Assembly (NCBI GenBank): GCA_022798795.1
Contig: JAAWNF010000002.1
Span: forward strand, 1,871 to 65,870
Direction: 5' to 3'
Source of the DNA: Bacilli bacterium
GTDB lineage: Bacteria > Bacillota_I > Bacilli_A > RF39 > UBA660
Length of the DNA stretch: 64,000 nucleotides
Part shown: positions 8,768-18,485 of the stretch, piece after piece
How positions within the stretch are numbered: position 1 is the first letter of the stretch
Layout of the letters: each line of letters opens with the position of its first letter
Program-made: the position numbers and the translations under genes
The notes under the pieces: model-generated
What the model saw: the letters and a program-made list of their open reading frames with translations, nothing else
What the model was told of the DNA's origin: nothing
The model's database searches: none

Positions 8768-11254
8768 TCAATCAGGTAATTCGACATTTTTCTGATTTGA
8801 CACATTTTTTTCTGGAACTATATATGTCATCACTCGTTTTGCTACCACTGTAAAACGTTCATCTTGTTCTTCATCTGTACATGTTGAAAGGGTTAAAAGA
8901 TGGTCTTTTGTTCCTACTTCAAATTCATTGGAGAAAATGGTTTTTTCTTTTATGTTATCCAAATATTCTTGGAATGACTCTTCACTATTAAAATTAATAA
9001 TATGTGCTTCTTTTGAAGAATCAAATTCATAAGCCGCAAAAATTTCATATTGATATGTGGCTTTTGGAGTAATCAGCCATATATATTTATGTTCTTCAAA
9101 ATAAGATTCTTTTCGATATTTTTTCAAAGAACCAAACATCGTATTATTTCTCATGTTATGACCATAAAGAATGGTATTATCTGAACTAAAGTCTTGATTG
9201 GCACGATAATCCACAAAAATAGAACCACTAATATTTTCTTTTTTATTATATAAATGTTTCAAATAATATTCATTATCTTCTGCTCTAGTAATTGGATAAT
9301 TAATCTCTGTGTCTTCCACTCTAATCCAAGCAACAATTTCATCATTAATTTCATATAATGGTTCAAAATCTACTTGTGGGATATCATCATTAATTGGAAA
9401 CTCTGTTCTGTTTGGGTCTGGTTTCAGGATTGGAAGTGGTTTGCTTTGTCCTACTTGATTTTGTATTTTTCCATAACTATCAGAGGCACTCCAATATTGC
9501 CAAATAACTTTTCCTAACAAGAATAGTGAAACTGAAAAAATTAAAATCAAAATACTCAGTACTACCATATAAACTTTTTGATTCGTAAGTTTATTCTTTA
9601 AAACCTTTTTTTGAATTTCCTTTGCATCCTTGATATCAAGTACTTGTGTTAAATTGAGATAGGTACTTTCATATAATTCTGGATTACTAATATAACTAAC
9701 AGAACGATATAACATCTCTAAATGATGATTAGAAAATTTCCACTGGTCAGGATTTTTAGTCAAATATTTACTAATCCTTTTTTGCTCTAATTCATACAAT
9801 CTTGCCATATAATCATTCCATTTAGAAAGAATGGTTTCTAGCTCACTATGTGTAATGATATGATTTCTAACACTTTTATTAATTTCTTTTACAAAATGTC
9901 TTTGAATAATTTTCTCTATTAATTTATCCGTTCTTGGAAGTTTTGGTCTATATTCTAATAATCCAATAAATTCTTCTGACAATTTTGATATTGTTAATGA
10001 AGTATGAAAAATTACTTGTTCATAATAACTTGCTAACATTTCATTGTCTTCATCTTCAAAAATTAATTCCAATTCAGATTCATACGCTTCTAGCAATTCT
10101 ACAATTTTCTTTTTTCTTCCATCTAATTGATACTCCAATTTTAAAAAAGGACGATTTTCTATAATTTCTGGAGATAACAAAATGGTTTGGTCAGTTAAAT
10201 CTTCTAGTGTTAAAATAAGATGATTGGAATCATTAGAAGGTGTTTCTCCTTTTATTGCATCTATAATCTGTTTTTCATAATCTTCTATAATTTCTTTATA
10301 AAGTGCTGGCGCTACTTCTTCAAAAAAGCGAAGACGGTCAATTAAACTTTGGTCTACAATCTCAGTTTCAATACTTAAATAGGAATAATTATCATAGAAG
10401 AAACTTGCACCTAATATTTCTTTTATCATGTACTGCTTTTTACTTTTAATTTCTTCATATTTATTATGAACAAAAGACTTATATTTATATCTTTTTTCAA
10501 ACAAATCAAATAAATAAGCAAAATAAAGCATATTTCCTTCTAATGTTGGCTTTATAACATTTTCATTAATATAAATATCTGGCCCTTGATAAATAAACGG
10601 TTTTTTTTCATCCAATGTTACAACATGTACATTTTCTTTCCAACCTAGTTGTCCAAGTAAATCTAAAATCAAAAAACGGAATAATTCAACATATATTGCA
10701 GATGATAATTCTAATTCTCTATCTTTTTCAAAAATCACATAAAATAGATATCTAAGATAGTGATGTGGCATTTTTCGATTTTTGTAAATCATTAAATAAC
10801 TTAATAAATCTTTTAATTCAAAATCATTTAAAATTCTATTTTTTTTCATTTGCTTATGATAAAATCTTCCAACATCATCTGCTGCTTCTTCAAAATGAAT
10901 ATCCTTTAAAAATTTTTGAAAAAGTTCTAATTCTTTTGGATACTTTTTCGATAATTCTAATAAATTTCTGCATGCAGCATTTTCATAAAATTGAAAAGGA
11001 TTTTCACGCATTCTCTCTAAGTAAAAAGTCGTTAAAATTTTCATCGTAATTGGCAAATAACTAAAATTGTGGGTTTTCTTCATAATAAAAACAGTACTAT
11101 TTAATAAACGCTCAAATTCATTTAAATAATATTGCTTAGAAAGACCATCACCCAAAAAAGAACAATTATCGTCTGCATTTAATAATTGTTTACACAACGC
11201 TTGGTCATCCAATATATGAATTAATTGTTCTATTGTAGTTTTCCCCTTTTTCAT
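8768..11254 (-). CDS. Fusion protein. A roughly 555-aa N-terminal cytoplasmic domain of unknown function is followed by a TM helix and a C-terminal sortase B-like transpeptidase domain.
   Basis: The C-terminal approx. 230 aa contains the sortase catalytic signatures LYGHN and TLSTC. A single TM (VYMVVLSILILIFSVSLFLLG) precedes it. I recognise no motif in the N-terminal half. Confidence 0.7.
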   Translation of the reverse strand: MKKGKTTIEQLIHILDDQALCKQLLNADDNCSFLGDGLSKQYYLNEFERLLNSTVFIMKKTHNFSYLPITMKILTTFYLERMRENPFQFYENAACRNLLELSKKYPKELELFQKFLKDIHFEEAADDVGRFYHKQMKKNRILNDFELKDLLSYLMIYKNRKMPHHYLRYLFYVIFEKDRELELSSAIYVELFRFLILDLLGQLGWKENVHVVTLDEKKPFIYQGPDIYINENVIKPTLEGNMLYFAYLFDLFEKRYKYKSFVHNKYEEIKSKKQYMIKEILGASFFYDNYSYLSIETEIVDQSLIDRLRFFEEVAPALYKEIIEDYEKQIIDAIKGETPSNDSNHLILTLEDLTDQTILLSPEIIENRPFLKLEYQLDGRKKKIVELLEAYESELELIFEDEDNEMLASYYEQVIFHTSLTISKLSEEFIGLLEYRPKLPRTDKLIEKIIQRHFVKEINKSVRNHIITHSELETILSKWNDYMARLYELEQKRISKYLTKNPDQWKFSNHHLEMLYRSVSYISNPELYESTYLNLTQVLDIKDAKEIQKKVLKNKLTNQKVYMVVLSILILIFSVSLFLLGKVIWQYWSASDSYGKIQNQVGQSKPLPILKPDPNRTEFPINDDIPQVDFEPLYEINDEIVAWIRVEDTEINYPITRAEDNEYYLKHLYNKKENISGSIFVDYRANQDFSSDNTILYGHNMRNNTMFGSLKKYRKESYFEEHKYIWLITPKATYQYEIFAAYEFDSSKEAHIINFNSEESFQEYLDNIKEKTIFSNEFEVGTKDHLLTLSTCTDEEQDERFTVVAKRVMTYIVPEKNVSNQKNVELPD

Positions 11255-11259
11255 CCCTT

Positions 11260-11445
11260 TTACTCCGATTTTTCTTCTTTTATAATTTGACTTTGTTTTA
11301 AGTAGTGGTTTGCTAAATGAAGAAACTTACTTGCTTCATTTTTTCGGTTACAAGTTAAGGCTTTTTTATATTTTTCAAAATAATAAACCATTTTTTCACG
11401 GTCTGTTAAATGACGCTCAAAATAATTTGTCTCTTCCACTAGCAT
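11260..11445 (-). CDS. Hypothetical small helical protein (61 aa) immediately upstream of the sortase-fusion gene
   Basis: The ORF has an AGGAG-like SD. It is co-oriented with, and 5 nt upstream of, the 828-aa gene. Confidence 0.3.
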   Translation of the reverse strand: MLVEETNYFERHLTDREKMVYYFEKYKKALTCNRKNEASKFLHLANHYLKQSQIIKEEKSE

Positions 11446-11502
11446 CCACTCCTATTCTAAATTTATTTTAACACACAATAAAAGAAAGAACAAGAAAAAG
11501 TG

Positions 11503-12405
11503 TCATTTTTGATTGACATTCATAGATATGCTTTTTTGGTATTTTTCTGCTTTTTTCCTTGGTATTTTAGCGATTTTCATAATCGTTTCTAATGGAAAAC
11601 CTTCCATTAGCATATTTTGTATCACTTCTTCTTCTTTTTTTTGTACTCCAATTTTTTCTCCACGCTTTTCTCCCCTCTTTTCTCCAATTATAATTCCTTG
11701 CTCTCTTCCTTCTCTAAAAAAACCAGCTGTGGCTTGCTCAAACGTCATTTCCATCTTTTCTACCTCCTTTAATCTTTGGTACATTTCAGTATCCATATTA
11801 TAATACTTGACAGATTTTACTAGTTCTTCATATTCTTCTTTGCTTTCTAGCCTTTTTAATACTTCTTTTCCACTTTCACTCCTACCTTTATCATCTAATG
11901 TAAAGAGTCTAGCATAATCATAGTCAAGTCCCACTTTTTCTTTGAGCGCTACTTTAATATTCCATATTTTGATTTTGGAAACATTCCCTAGTTGTTCTTT
12001 TAATTTTTTTTCAAACTCTTCATATTCTTTTAGTACTTGCTTTTCTCCAAATGGAAAATTTACAATCAAATATACTTCTACTGGTAATAGTCGCTTATAA
12101 TCTTCTCCTGGATTTTGATTCGAATACATTTCCGAAGAATAATATTTCACTCTTTCCACTAAATTTTTTAAATCTACATTTTGAATTTCTAATATCATAA
12201 TTCTTTTCGAACTTTTCATAACAATGTCACAAACGCCTGAGCTTAAATTGACATTGCTTTTAGGAAGTTCCTGTTTTTCATAATGAAAATCTTCTAAGTC
12301 TTCATGAAATAAATCTTTCATTAATTTTTTCATATTTTTTTCTTTAAAATAAATATTTTTAAAAATTGGGTCATATCTAAGACCAAATATTCTCTTTGTT
12401 TTCAT
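11503..12405 (-). CDS. Rpn-family recombination-promoting nuclease/putative transposase (PD-(D/E)xK, YhgA-like)
   Basis: The C-terminal GEKRGEKRGEKIG repeat plus the architecture are typical of Rpn/Transposase_31 proteins. It is a standalone insertion between glyQS and the Tad/sortase operon. Confidence 0.55.
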   Translation of the reverse strand: MKTKRIFGLRYDPIFKNIYFKEKNMKKLMKDLFHEDLEDFHYEKQELPKSNVNLSSGVCDIVMKSSKRIMILEIQNVDLKNLVERVKYYSSEMYSNQNPGEDYKRLLPVEVYLIVNFPFGEKQVLKEYEEFEKKLKEQLGNVSKIKIWNIKVALKEKVGLDYDYARLFTLDDKGRSESGKEVLKRLESKEEYEELVKSVKYYNMDTEMYQRLKEVEKMEMTFEQATAGFFREGREQGIIIGEKRGEKRGEKIGVQKKEEEVIQNMLMEGFPLETIMKIAKIPRKKAEKYQKSISMNVNQK

Positions 12406-12533
12406 GATGCCCTCCTTCTATCAGGAAAACATCTATCTACATTATAGTAGTTATACATTACTATTGTCAAGTAGATAGAATTATCTTCTCACTAGTAGTA
12501 TTCGATAAGCATAATCGAAAATCCTATCTTTTT

Positions 12534-12560
12534 AACAAAAAAAGAAGCTTTCGCTTCTAA
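12534..12560 (-). terminator. Intrinsic terminator overlapping the glyQS stop codon
   Basis: AGAAGC-GAAA-GCUUCU hairpin followed by UUUUUUUG on the minus strand. Confidence 0.5.
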
Positions 12561-13930
12561 AATTTCATTTTTTCTTCTATATAAGGTATTACTTCTTCCA
12601 CTTTTAATGTTATTTGTTCCATTGTATCTCTATCTCTTATTGTGACTGTATTTTCGTTTAAAGTATTATCATCAATAGTAATTGCAAAAGGAGTTCCCAT
12701 AATATCGCTTCTACGATATCTTTTTCCAATATTTCCTGCTTCATCATAAGTTACCATAAAATGAGACGCGAGTACTTTATAAATCTCCATTGCTTTTTCA
12801 CTATGATATTTTTTAATAAGCGGAAGAATAGAAACTTTATATGGTGCTAATGCAGGATGAAGTGATAATATCTCTCTAACTTCTTCATTTTCTAAAGTTT
12901 CAGTACGATAAGCATTACACAAGAAAGCAAGTACAACACGGTCTGCTCCTAAACTTGGTTCAATAACATATGGAATATATTTTTCATTTGTTTCTGGGTC
13001 TAAATATTCCATACTTTGCTTTGAAACATTTTGATGTTGTGTTAAATCATAGTCAGTTCTACTTGCAACCCCCCATAATTCTCCCCAACCAAATGGGAAT
13101 AAAAATTCAAAATCAGTTGTAGCATTACTATAATGGCTTAATTCTTCTTGTTCATGGTCGCGTGTTCGAATATTTTCTTTTTTCATTCCTAAATTGAGTA
13201 GCCAATTGTAACAGTACTCTTTCCAATATCCAAACCATTCCAACTCTGTTCCTGGCTTACAGAAAAACTCTAATTCCATTTGTTCAAATTCACGAGTTCT
13301 AAACGTAAAGTTTCCTGGAGTAATTTCGTTTCTAAAGCTCTTTCCAACTTGAGCAATTCCAAATGGAACTTTTAATCTCATACTTCTTTGTATATTCATA
13401 AAGTTTACAAATATTCCCTGGGCTGTTTCTGGTCTTAAATAAACTGTACTTTTGGCGTCTTCTGTTACACCTTGGAATGTCTTAAACATTAAGTTAAATT
13501 GTCTAATGTCTGTATAGTTTAATTTTCCGCAATTCGGACAAGTGATATGATGTTCTTTAATATAATCAAGTAGTTTTTCGTTACTCCATCCTCCTGCTTC
13601 TATCTTACTATGCTCTTCTACTAGTTTGTCAGCACGATGTCTAGTTTTACATTCTTTACAATCAATTAATGGGTCCGAGAAAGTCGCTAAATGTCCACTT
13701 GCTTCCCATGTTTTTGGATTCATTAAAATCGCACTATCCATTCCTACATTGTAAATGCTTTCTTGTACAAATTTCTTCATCCATGCTTTCTTTACATTGT
13801 TTTTAAGTTCTACACCAAGTGGACCGTAATCCCAAGTATTGGCAAGCCCCCCATAGATTTCACTTCCTTTAAATATAAAACCATATTGCTTACATAAATT
13901 GACTATTTTGTCCATTGTTACTTTTTCCAT
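12557..13930 (-). CDS. glyQS: Glycine--tRNA ligase, single-chain alpha2 type
   Basis: 457-aa class II aaRS, with [15 protein letters not shown] and [10 protein letters not shown] motifs. Confidence 0.9.
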   Translation of the reverse strand: MEKVTMDKIVNLCKQYGFIFKGSEIYGGLANTWDYGPLGVELKNNVKKAWMKKFVQESIYNVGMDSAILMNPKTWEASGHLATFSDPLIDCKECKTRHRADKLVEEHSKIEAGGWSNEKLLDYIKEHHITCPNCGKLNYTDIRQFNLMFKTFQGVTEDAKSTVYLRPETAQGIFVNFMNIQRSMRLKVPFGIAQVGKSFRNEITPGNFTFRTREFEQMELEFFCKPGTELEWFGYWKEYCYNWLLNLGMKKENIRTRDHEQEELSHYSNATTDFEFLFPFGWGELWGVASRTDYDLTQHQNVSKQSMEYLDPETNEKYIPYVIEPSLGADRVVLAFLCNAYRTETLENEEVREILSLHPALAPYKVSILPLIKKYHSEKAMEIYKVLASHFMVTYDEAGNIGKRYRRSDIMGTPFAITIDDNTLNENTVTIRDRDTMEQITLKVEEVIPYIEEKMKF

Positions 13931-13934
13931 ATGT

Positions 13935-14080
13935 TCTCCTCTTTTCTATTTTCTGGTGGAAAGAAAAATTCCCTTAGAATGTAAGGACGAGTTACCCCGC
14001 GGTTCCACCTTACTTATTCTAAGAGAATCAGCTTATTTTATATTGCTCTTGGTTTCCAAGCCAGTCATCGCATTGATTAC
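13935..14080 (-). promoter_or_regulatory. T-box riboswitch leader of glyQS (Gly specifier GGC)
   Basis: On the minus strand, AAGGUGGAACCGCGGGG at 13995-14012 matches the T-box consensus. It is followed by a terminator hairpin plus U-run. ACUGGCUUGG is a candidate specifier. Confidence 0.8.
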
Positions 14081-14084
14081 TATT

Positions 14085-14113
14085 ATTTTACTCAGAAATA
14101 TTTTATTCGTCAA
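14085..14113 (-). promoter_or_regulatory. Sigma-A type promoter for the glyQS T-box leader
   Basis: TTGACG, 17-nt spacer, TAAAAT on the minus strand. Confidence 0.45.
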
Positions 14114-14119
14114 TACTTT

Positions 14120-15967
14120 TTATCGATAAAGTTCAATTAAATATTGACTAATATCTTCAAAATTTACAATTTCTAAATTGCCTAACTCTGGGTCTTTATT
14201 TTCATTTGTACTTTTTATGTCAATAACAATTGTGCTTGTCTCTCCTGGAGCTATTTGTTGATTCATTTTGGTATTTCTAACATTTTGATTATTTTTGTCA
14301 AATAACTTTAATATTCCGTTTAGAGTTCTTGCTTCTGTTCCATTATTTTTTACTTCTAATGTAATAGATAAAGTTTCTTTGTCCTCTGATAAAATTGCTT
14401 TCTGATAAGTCACAACCCAATTATTATAATCTACTGTATTATTTCCTGTTGTACTTGTCAGCGTTAATTCATTTGAAGGCTCCTTTTTAATTCCATTACA
14501 GGTATATCCTTCTTTTAAATAATATTCGTTCGCTTCATCAAAAGTGTTTTTCCAAGTTTCGTCTTTTTCTGTTTCTGTTGCTTTTTCATAATCACGGTCT
14601 ATAAACACTTGATAAATATATTGCTTGTCATCATACTTAAATGTATATTTTTGCCCATCTGTATTATTTAATTCTTGACTGAATACTTTAATCATTGCTT
14701 TTCTTTCCATATAAATATCTGCATCTGACATTGTAACCGTTATATGTTCTTTAGAACTTAAAATATTTTTACTAGCATTGTCATATACAAAGGTAATGGT
14801 CTTATTTTCTAAGCTATTATCTTCTGTATTTTCTGTTTCTATGGTACATACCAAATTGGACGTTTTTGGCTCTTCTGGTTTTGTTATTGGAGTATTTGGC
14901 TTATTTGTTTCTTGCATTTGAGGTTCCAATACAAATACATATACAACAGCAATAGAGGCTATTAACAATAAAGTAATAATCATTAGTATCACAATGCTAT
15001 TTTTTCCTTTTTTCTTTTCTTTTTTTCTTTTTTTGCCATCATAGATTTGTTCAAATTTAACAGGCTCTTCTACTGGTACTTCTGGAGTTAAAGTAGGTTC
15101 TATTGGTGGAACTCCTACTACATTCATATGATTGATAGGAGTCACTACTTCTGTAATTGGTATAGGCGTTTCTACCACTGCTGCTTCAGCTTGTTGTTCT
15201 GTCCTTTCTAATGTTGGTAATTCTTTTGATATGTCCTCTTTTTCTAATGGTCTATTTGGTTCTACTCCAGTTGGGATAATATTTATCGTATTTACCTCCT
15301 GTACTGGTGGTATATTTGACATTGATTCATTGAATGACCCTGCTTGTACACTTGGCATTACTGGAACCGTTTGTTCAGAAACTATATTTTGATTTGGAAC
15401 GATAGCTATCTCTGGAGTTGAAACAGGATTTGCTTCTTCCACGATATTTTCAACTTTGTTTGATGGTTCTACATTTGATTCTAATACTGTATCACTATTT
15501 TTCACAAACTGGATTTCTTCTGGTTGAGCCTTTATTTTAGAAGTTTTCTTCATCAAAAAATTTGGCAAAGTAATATTTGCATCGATTTCCTCTTTTTTAG
15601 GAAGCGTAAAGAAGTTTGGATATTGATCCATTTTTTCTTCAAACAAATCAGAGCTTACGATACTCATTCTTTCAATTATACTAAAATCAACAGGTTCTAT
15701 TTCATTATTTACCTCGCCTGAAAACACTTGTTTGAAATAGGAGAATACTTGACGCCTTTCAGAATCCGTTTCACATTTAAATAATAAATATTGTTCTTTT
15801 AATAAAGAAACTCTTCCGATATAGATTTCTAAACGAACATCCTTTTTTTTCTTAGGAACTTCAGTGTAGGCTAAATATTGGTTCTGATTATATATAATTT
15901 TAAACCCTATAGCAATTTCAACATAATGGTCTTCTTTTGTTGTATCTTTCACTATTTTCTTTTCCAT
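14120..15967 (-). CDS. Hypothetical single-pass membrane protein. It has a cytoplasmic N-terminal domain, a Pro/Val/Glu-rich linker and an extracellular C-terminal domain.
   Basis: 615 aa. There is a polybasic KKRKKEKKKGK stretch before the TM helix IVILMIITLLLIASIAVVYVFVL. I recognise no catalytic motif. Confidence 0.5.
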   Translation of the reverse strand: MEKKIVKDTTKEDHYVEIAIGFKIIYNQNQYLAYTEVPKKKKDVRLEIYIGRVSLLKEQYLLFKCETDSERRQVFSYFKQVFSGEVNNEIEPVDFSIIERMSIVSSDLFEEKMDQYPNFFTLPKKEEIDANITLPNFLMKKTSKIKAQPEEIQFVKNSDTVLESNVEPSNKVENIVEEANPVSTPEIAIVPNQNIVSEQTVPVMPSVQAGSFNESMSNIPPVQEVNTINIIPTGVEPNRPLEKEDISKELPTLERTEQQAEAAVVETPIPITEVVTPINHMNVVGVPPIEPTLTPEVPVEEPVKFEQIYDGKKRKKEKKKGKNSIVILMIITLLLIASIAVVYVFVLEPQMQETNKPNTPITKPEEPKTSNLVCTIETENTEDNSLENKTITFVYDNASKNILSSKEHITVTMSDADIYMERKAMIKVFSQELNNTDGQKYTFKYDDKQYIYQVFIDRDYEKATETEKDETWKNTFDEANEYYLKEGYTCNGIKKEPSNELTLTSTTGNNTVDYNNWVVTYQKAILSEDKETLSITLEVKNNGTEARTLNGILKLFDKNNQNVRNTKMNQQIAPGETSTIVIDIKSTNENKDPELGNLEIVNFEDISQYLIELYR

Positions 15968-16052
15968 ATTATCATCTACTTTCCTATATTATAGTTTAAC
16001 ATTGTATGAAATAAATTGCAATTACAAAGAAGTAAAAAAACATCTTCCGATG

Positions 16053-16490
16053 TCAAATATGAGAAAAAAGTAAAGCCATACTGATTCCTAATAATACTCC
16101 CATAAAAACTTCTAATGGCTTATGCCCAACTTGTTCCTTTAAATGAAATATTCCAGTTTCTGAATCTTTACTAAAAACTTCATCAAAAATTTGATTGATT
16201 GCTGCTGCTTGTTTTCCACTTTCTCTTCTAAGTCCCATTGCATCATAAGCGACAATGATAGAAAATACAAGTGCAAGGGCAAATATTGGAGTTTCAAATC
16301 CAATCTTTAATCCAATCAAAGATGTCAATGAAAAAGTAAATGAAGTATGACTACTTGGCATTCCTCCACTCCCATTGAATAATCTTCCCCATTTTAATTC
16401 TCTAGCCATCCATGATTCTGTTACAAATTTTATAAGTTGACAGGTAATCAAGGTTGAAAATGGACATGTTAAATACATAAACTCTTTCAT
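16053..16490 (-). CDS. Divergent PAP2 family protein (YuiD/DUF212-like)
   Basis: GGMPSSHTS motif and a 145-aa membrane protein. Confidence 0.7.
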   Translation of the reverse strand: MKEFMYLTCPFSTLITCQLIKFVTESWMARELKWGRLFNGSGGMPSSHTSFTFSLTSLIGLKIGFETPIFALALVFSIIVAYDAMGLRRESGKQAAAINQIFDEVFSKDSETGIFHLKEQVGHKPLEVFMGVLLGISMALLFSHI

Positions 16491-16498
16491 ATAAACTC

Positions 16499-17239
16499 CT
16501 AACTAATTGTCGCTTTACTAATATTTTTTAAAAATTCTTTGCTTTTTAAATAAAGGCCTGTATATTCACTATAATATTCATCTAAAAAGGCATTCATTTC
16601 CCGTTTGCTTTGGTCTTTTACTTCTAATTTTGTGATTTTTGAAACGTCTACATAATAAAACATCCTAATTAATTTAATTGTATTACTACTAACAATCGTT
16701 TCATTGGTATAGCAATTCTTGCATATGTATCCACCTTTCCTACTAGAAAGTGTTACAATAGAAACTTTACTTCCACAAATACTACAAGTATCAATCACTG
16801 GCATTACTCCCAAAAAGTAAAGATATTTCAGTTCTAATATGTTTGTAATAACCATTGGGTCATAGCCTTCATTCATTTTATTGAGACCCTCTATTAATAA
16901 ATCATAAATCCTATCATTACTATTTTGTTTATATACCTGTTCTGCTAATTCTAATAAAAAACTAGCATAACTAATTCTTATAATATCATTTTTTAAATTT
17001 CGATATGGATTTATAACATCTACGCTTGTCAAATTAGACAATTTATTTTCTTTATAATAAATATGAAAAAAGCCATAGGTTAGCTTATCTGTGACACTTC
17101 TTAAATCACTTTTCATATTTTTTGCGCCTTTCGCCATCAGTCCAATAACCCCATGTTCTTTTGTTAAAATATTGACAATTTTACTGGTTTCCCCGTAACT
17201 TTTGACATTCAAAATAATACCTTCTACTTTTTCAATCAT
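16499..17239 (-). CDS. recO: DNA repair protein RecO
   Basis: N-terminal OB-fold region and a C-terminal Cys4 cluster (CSICGSK...CKNC). It sits in the era context. Confidence 0.85.
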   Translation of the reverse strand: MIEKVEGIILNVKSYGETSKIVNILTKEHGVIGLMAKGAKNMKSDLRSVTDKLTYGFFHIYYKENKLSNLTSVDVINPYRNLKNDIIRISYASFLLELAEQVYKQNSNDRIYDLLIEGLNKMNEGYDPMVITNILELKYLYFLGVMPVIDTCSICGSKVSIVTLSSRKGGYICKNCYTNETIVSSNTIKLIRMFYYVDVSKITKLEVKDQSKREMNAFLDEYYSEYTGLYLKSKEFLKNISKATIS

Positions 17240-17466
17240 TCTGATTCACCAATGTACTCAAAACGATATTTTTGTTCTACTTCTGGATATTTTTCATGGT
17301 CTACTTCTTCAATGAACATATCATATGGTCTTACCCATATTTCACCTGTATCTTCATGAGAATAAACTACCATATTTTCTAAAGTTTCTGAATGTTTTGC
17401 GATTGCAATCACTTTGATATTCGCACCCTTAAAATGTCTATAAACTCCTCCAACTACTACTTTCAT
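17236..17466 (-). CDS. DUF1653 family protein
   Basis: YRHFKG motif in a 76-aa protein. Confidence 0.55.
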   Translation of the reverse strand: MKVVVGGVYRHFKGANIKVIAIAKHSETLENMVVYSHEDTGEIWVRPYDMFIEEVDHEKYPEVEQKYRFEYIGESE

Positions 17467-17548
17467 GCTCTTTCTCCTTTTTCCATTTCATATAATACTC
17501 TATTTTTCCTGTTGTTCTAAATAATTCCCATAATAATTCTTTTTTCAT
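17438..17548 (-). CDS. Possible YqzL-like small protein (36 aa, MKKELLWELFRTTGKIEYYMKWKKEKEH...)
   Basis: AAGGTGA SD. Its position between era and recO matches yqzL in Bacillus. It overlaps the DUF1653 start by 29 nt, so confidence is low. Confidence 0.3.
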   Translation of the reverse strand: MKKELLWELFRTTGKIEYYMKWKKEKEHESSSWRSL

Positions 17549-17597
17549 AATCTCACCTTATTTTTATAGTGAGACGAGATAAAATATTTTATACAAA

Positions 17598-18485
17598 TTA
17601 TTTTAGAGAATCATAATACCCAAATTCGTTCAGATATTTTTCTTTGTCTCTCCATTTTGGAATTGTTTTTACAAAAAGTTCTAAATATATTTTTTTCCCA
17701 ATTATTTTTTCTATATCCATTCTAGCTTGAGCACCTATTTCTTTAATCATAGACCCATTCTTTCCAATGATAATTCTTTTTAAAGAGTCCCTATCAACAA
17801 TGACTGCTACATGAATATGAAAACTTCCTTTTTGCTTTTCTATTGCTTCTGTAACACAAGTAACAGAATGTGGAACTTCCTCATCTGTTAATAAAAATAC
17901 TTTTTCTCTTACCATTTCAGAAATTAAAAACGGTAGAGACTGATTGGTAACCGTATTAGAATCAAAATACTGTATTTGGTCAGGCAAATAGTTTTTTAAT
18001 GTTCCTATAATGTCATTTACATTCTCTTTTTTTAGTGCTGAAACTGGAATATATTCTTTAAAATCATATAATTTTTGATAAGCTACTATTTTTTCTAAAA
18101 TATGCTCTTTTGGGATTTTATCAATTTTGTTCAAAATTAACAATACAGGTTTTGTTACTTCCTTTAATCTCTCTATGATATATTTGTCACCAAGTCCCAA
18201 TTCTTCACTCGCATCTACCAAAAACAAAATGACATCTACATCATCAATGCTATAATAAGCTTGCTTGTTTAAAACATTCCCTAATTTATGAGTTGGCTTA
18301 TGAATTCCTGGGGTATCCACAAATACAATTTGTGTTTCTAAATCATTATAAATGCCTTCTATAATATTTCTTGTTGTTTGTGGTTTTGGAGAAGTAATGG
18401 CAACTTTGGTTCCCACGATTTCATTGAGTAAAGTAGATTTTCCTACATTTGGTCTTCCGATTAGACTTACAAACCCACTTTTCAT
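17598..18485 (-). CDS. era: GTPase Era
   Basis: GRPNVGKST G1 motif, and a KH domain at the C-terminus. Confidence 0.9.
   Translation of the reverse strand: MKSGFVSLIGRPNVGKSTLLNEIVGTKVAITSPKPQTTRNIIEGIYNDLETQIVFVDTPGIHKPTHKLGNVLNKQAYYSIDDVDVILFLVDASEELGLGDKYIIERLKEVTKPVLLILNKIDKIPKEHILEKIVAYQKLYDFKEYIPVSALKKENVNDIIGTLKNYLPDQIQYFDSNTVTNQSLPFLISEMVREKVFLLTDEEVPHSVTCVTEAIEKQKGSFHIHVAVIVDRDSLKRIIIGKNGSMIKEIGAQARMDIEKIIGKKIYLELFVKTIPKWRDKEKYLNEFGYYDSLK

Noticed and set aside
10765-11049. 94-aa plus-strand ORF inside the sortase-fusion gene
   Set aside because: Antisense to it, and Lys/Phe/Leu-rich as expected from AT-rich antisense sequence.
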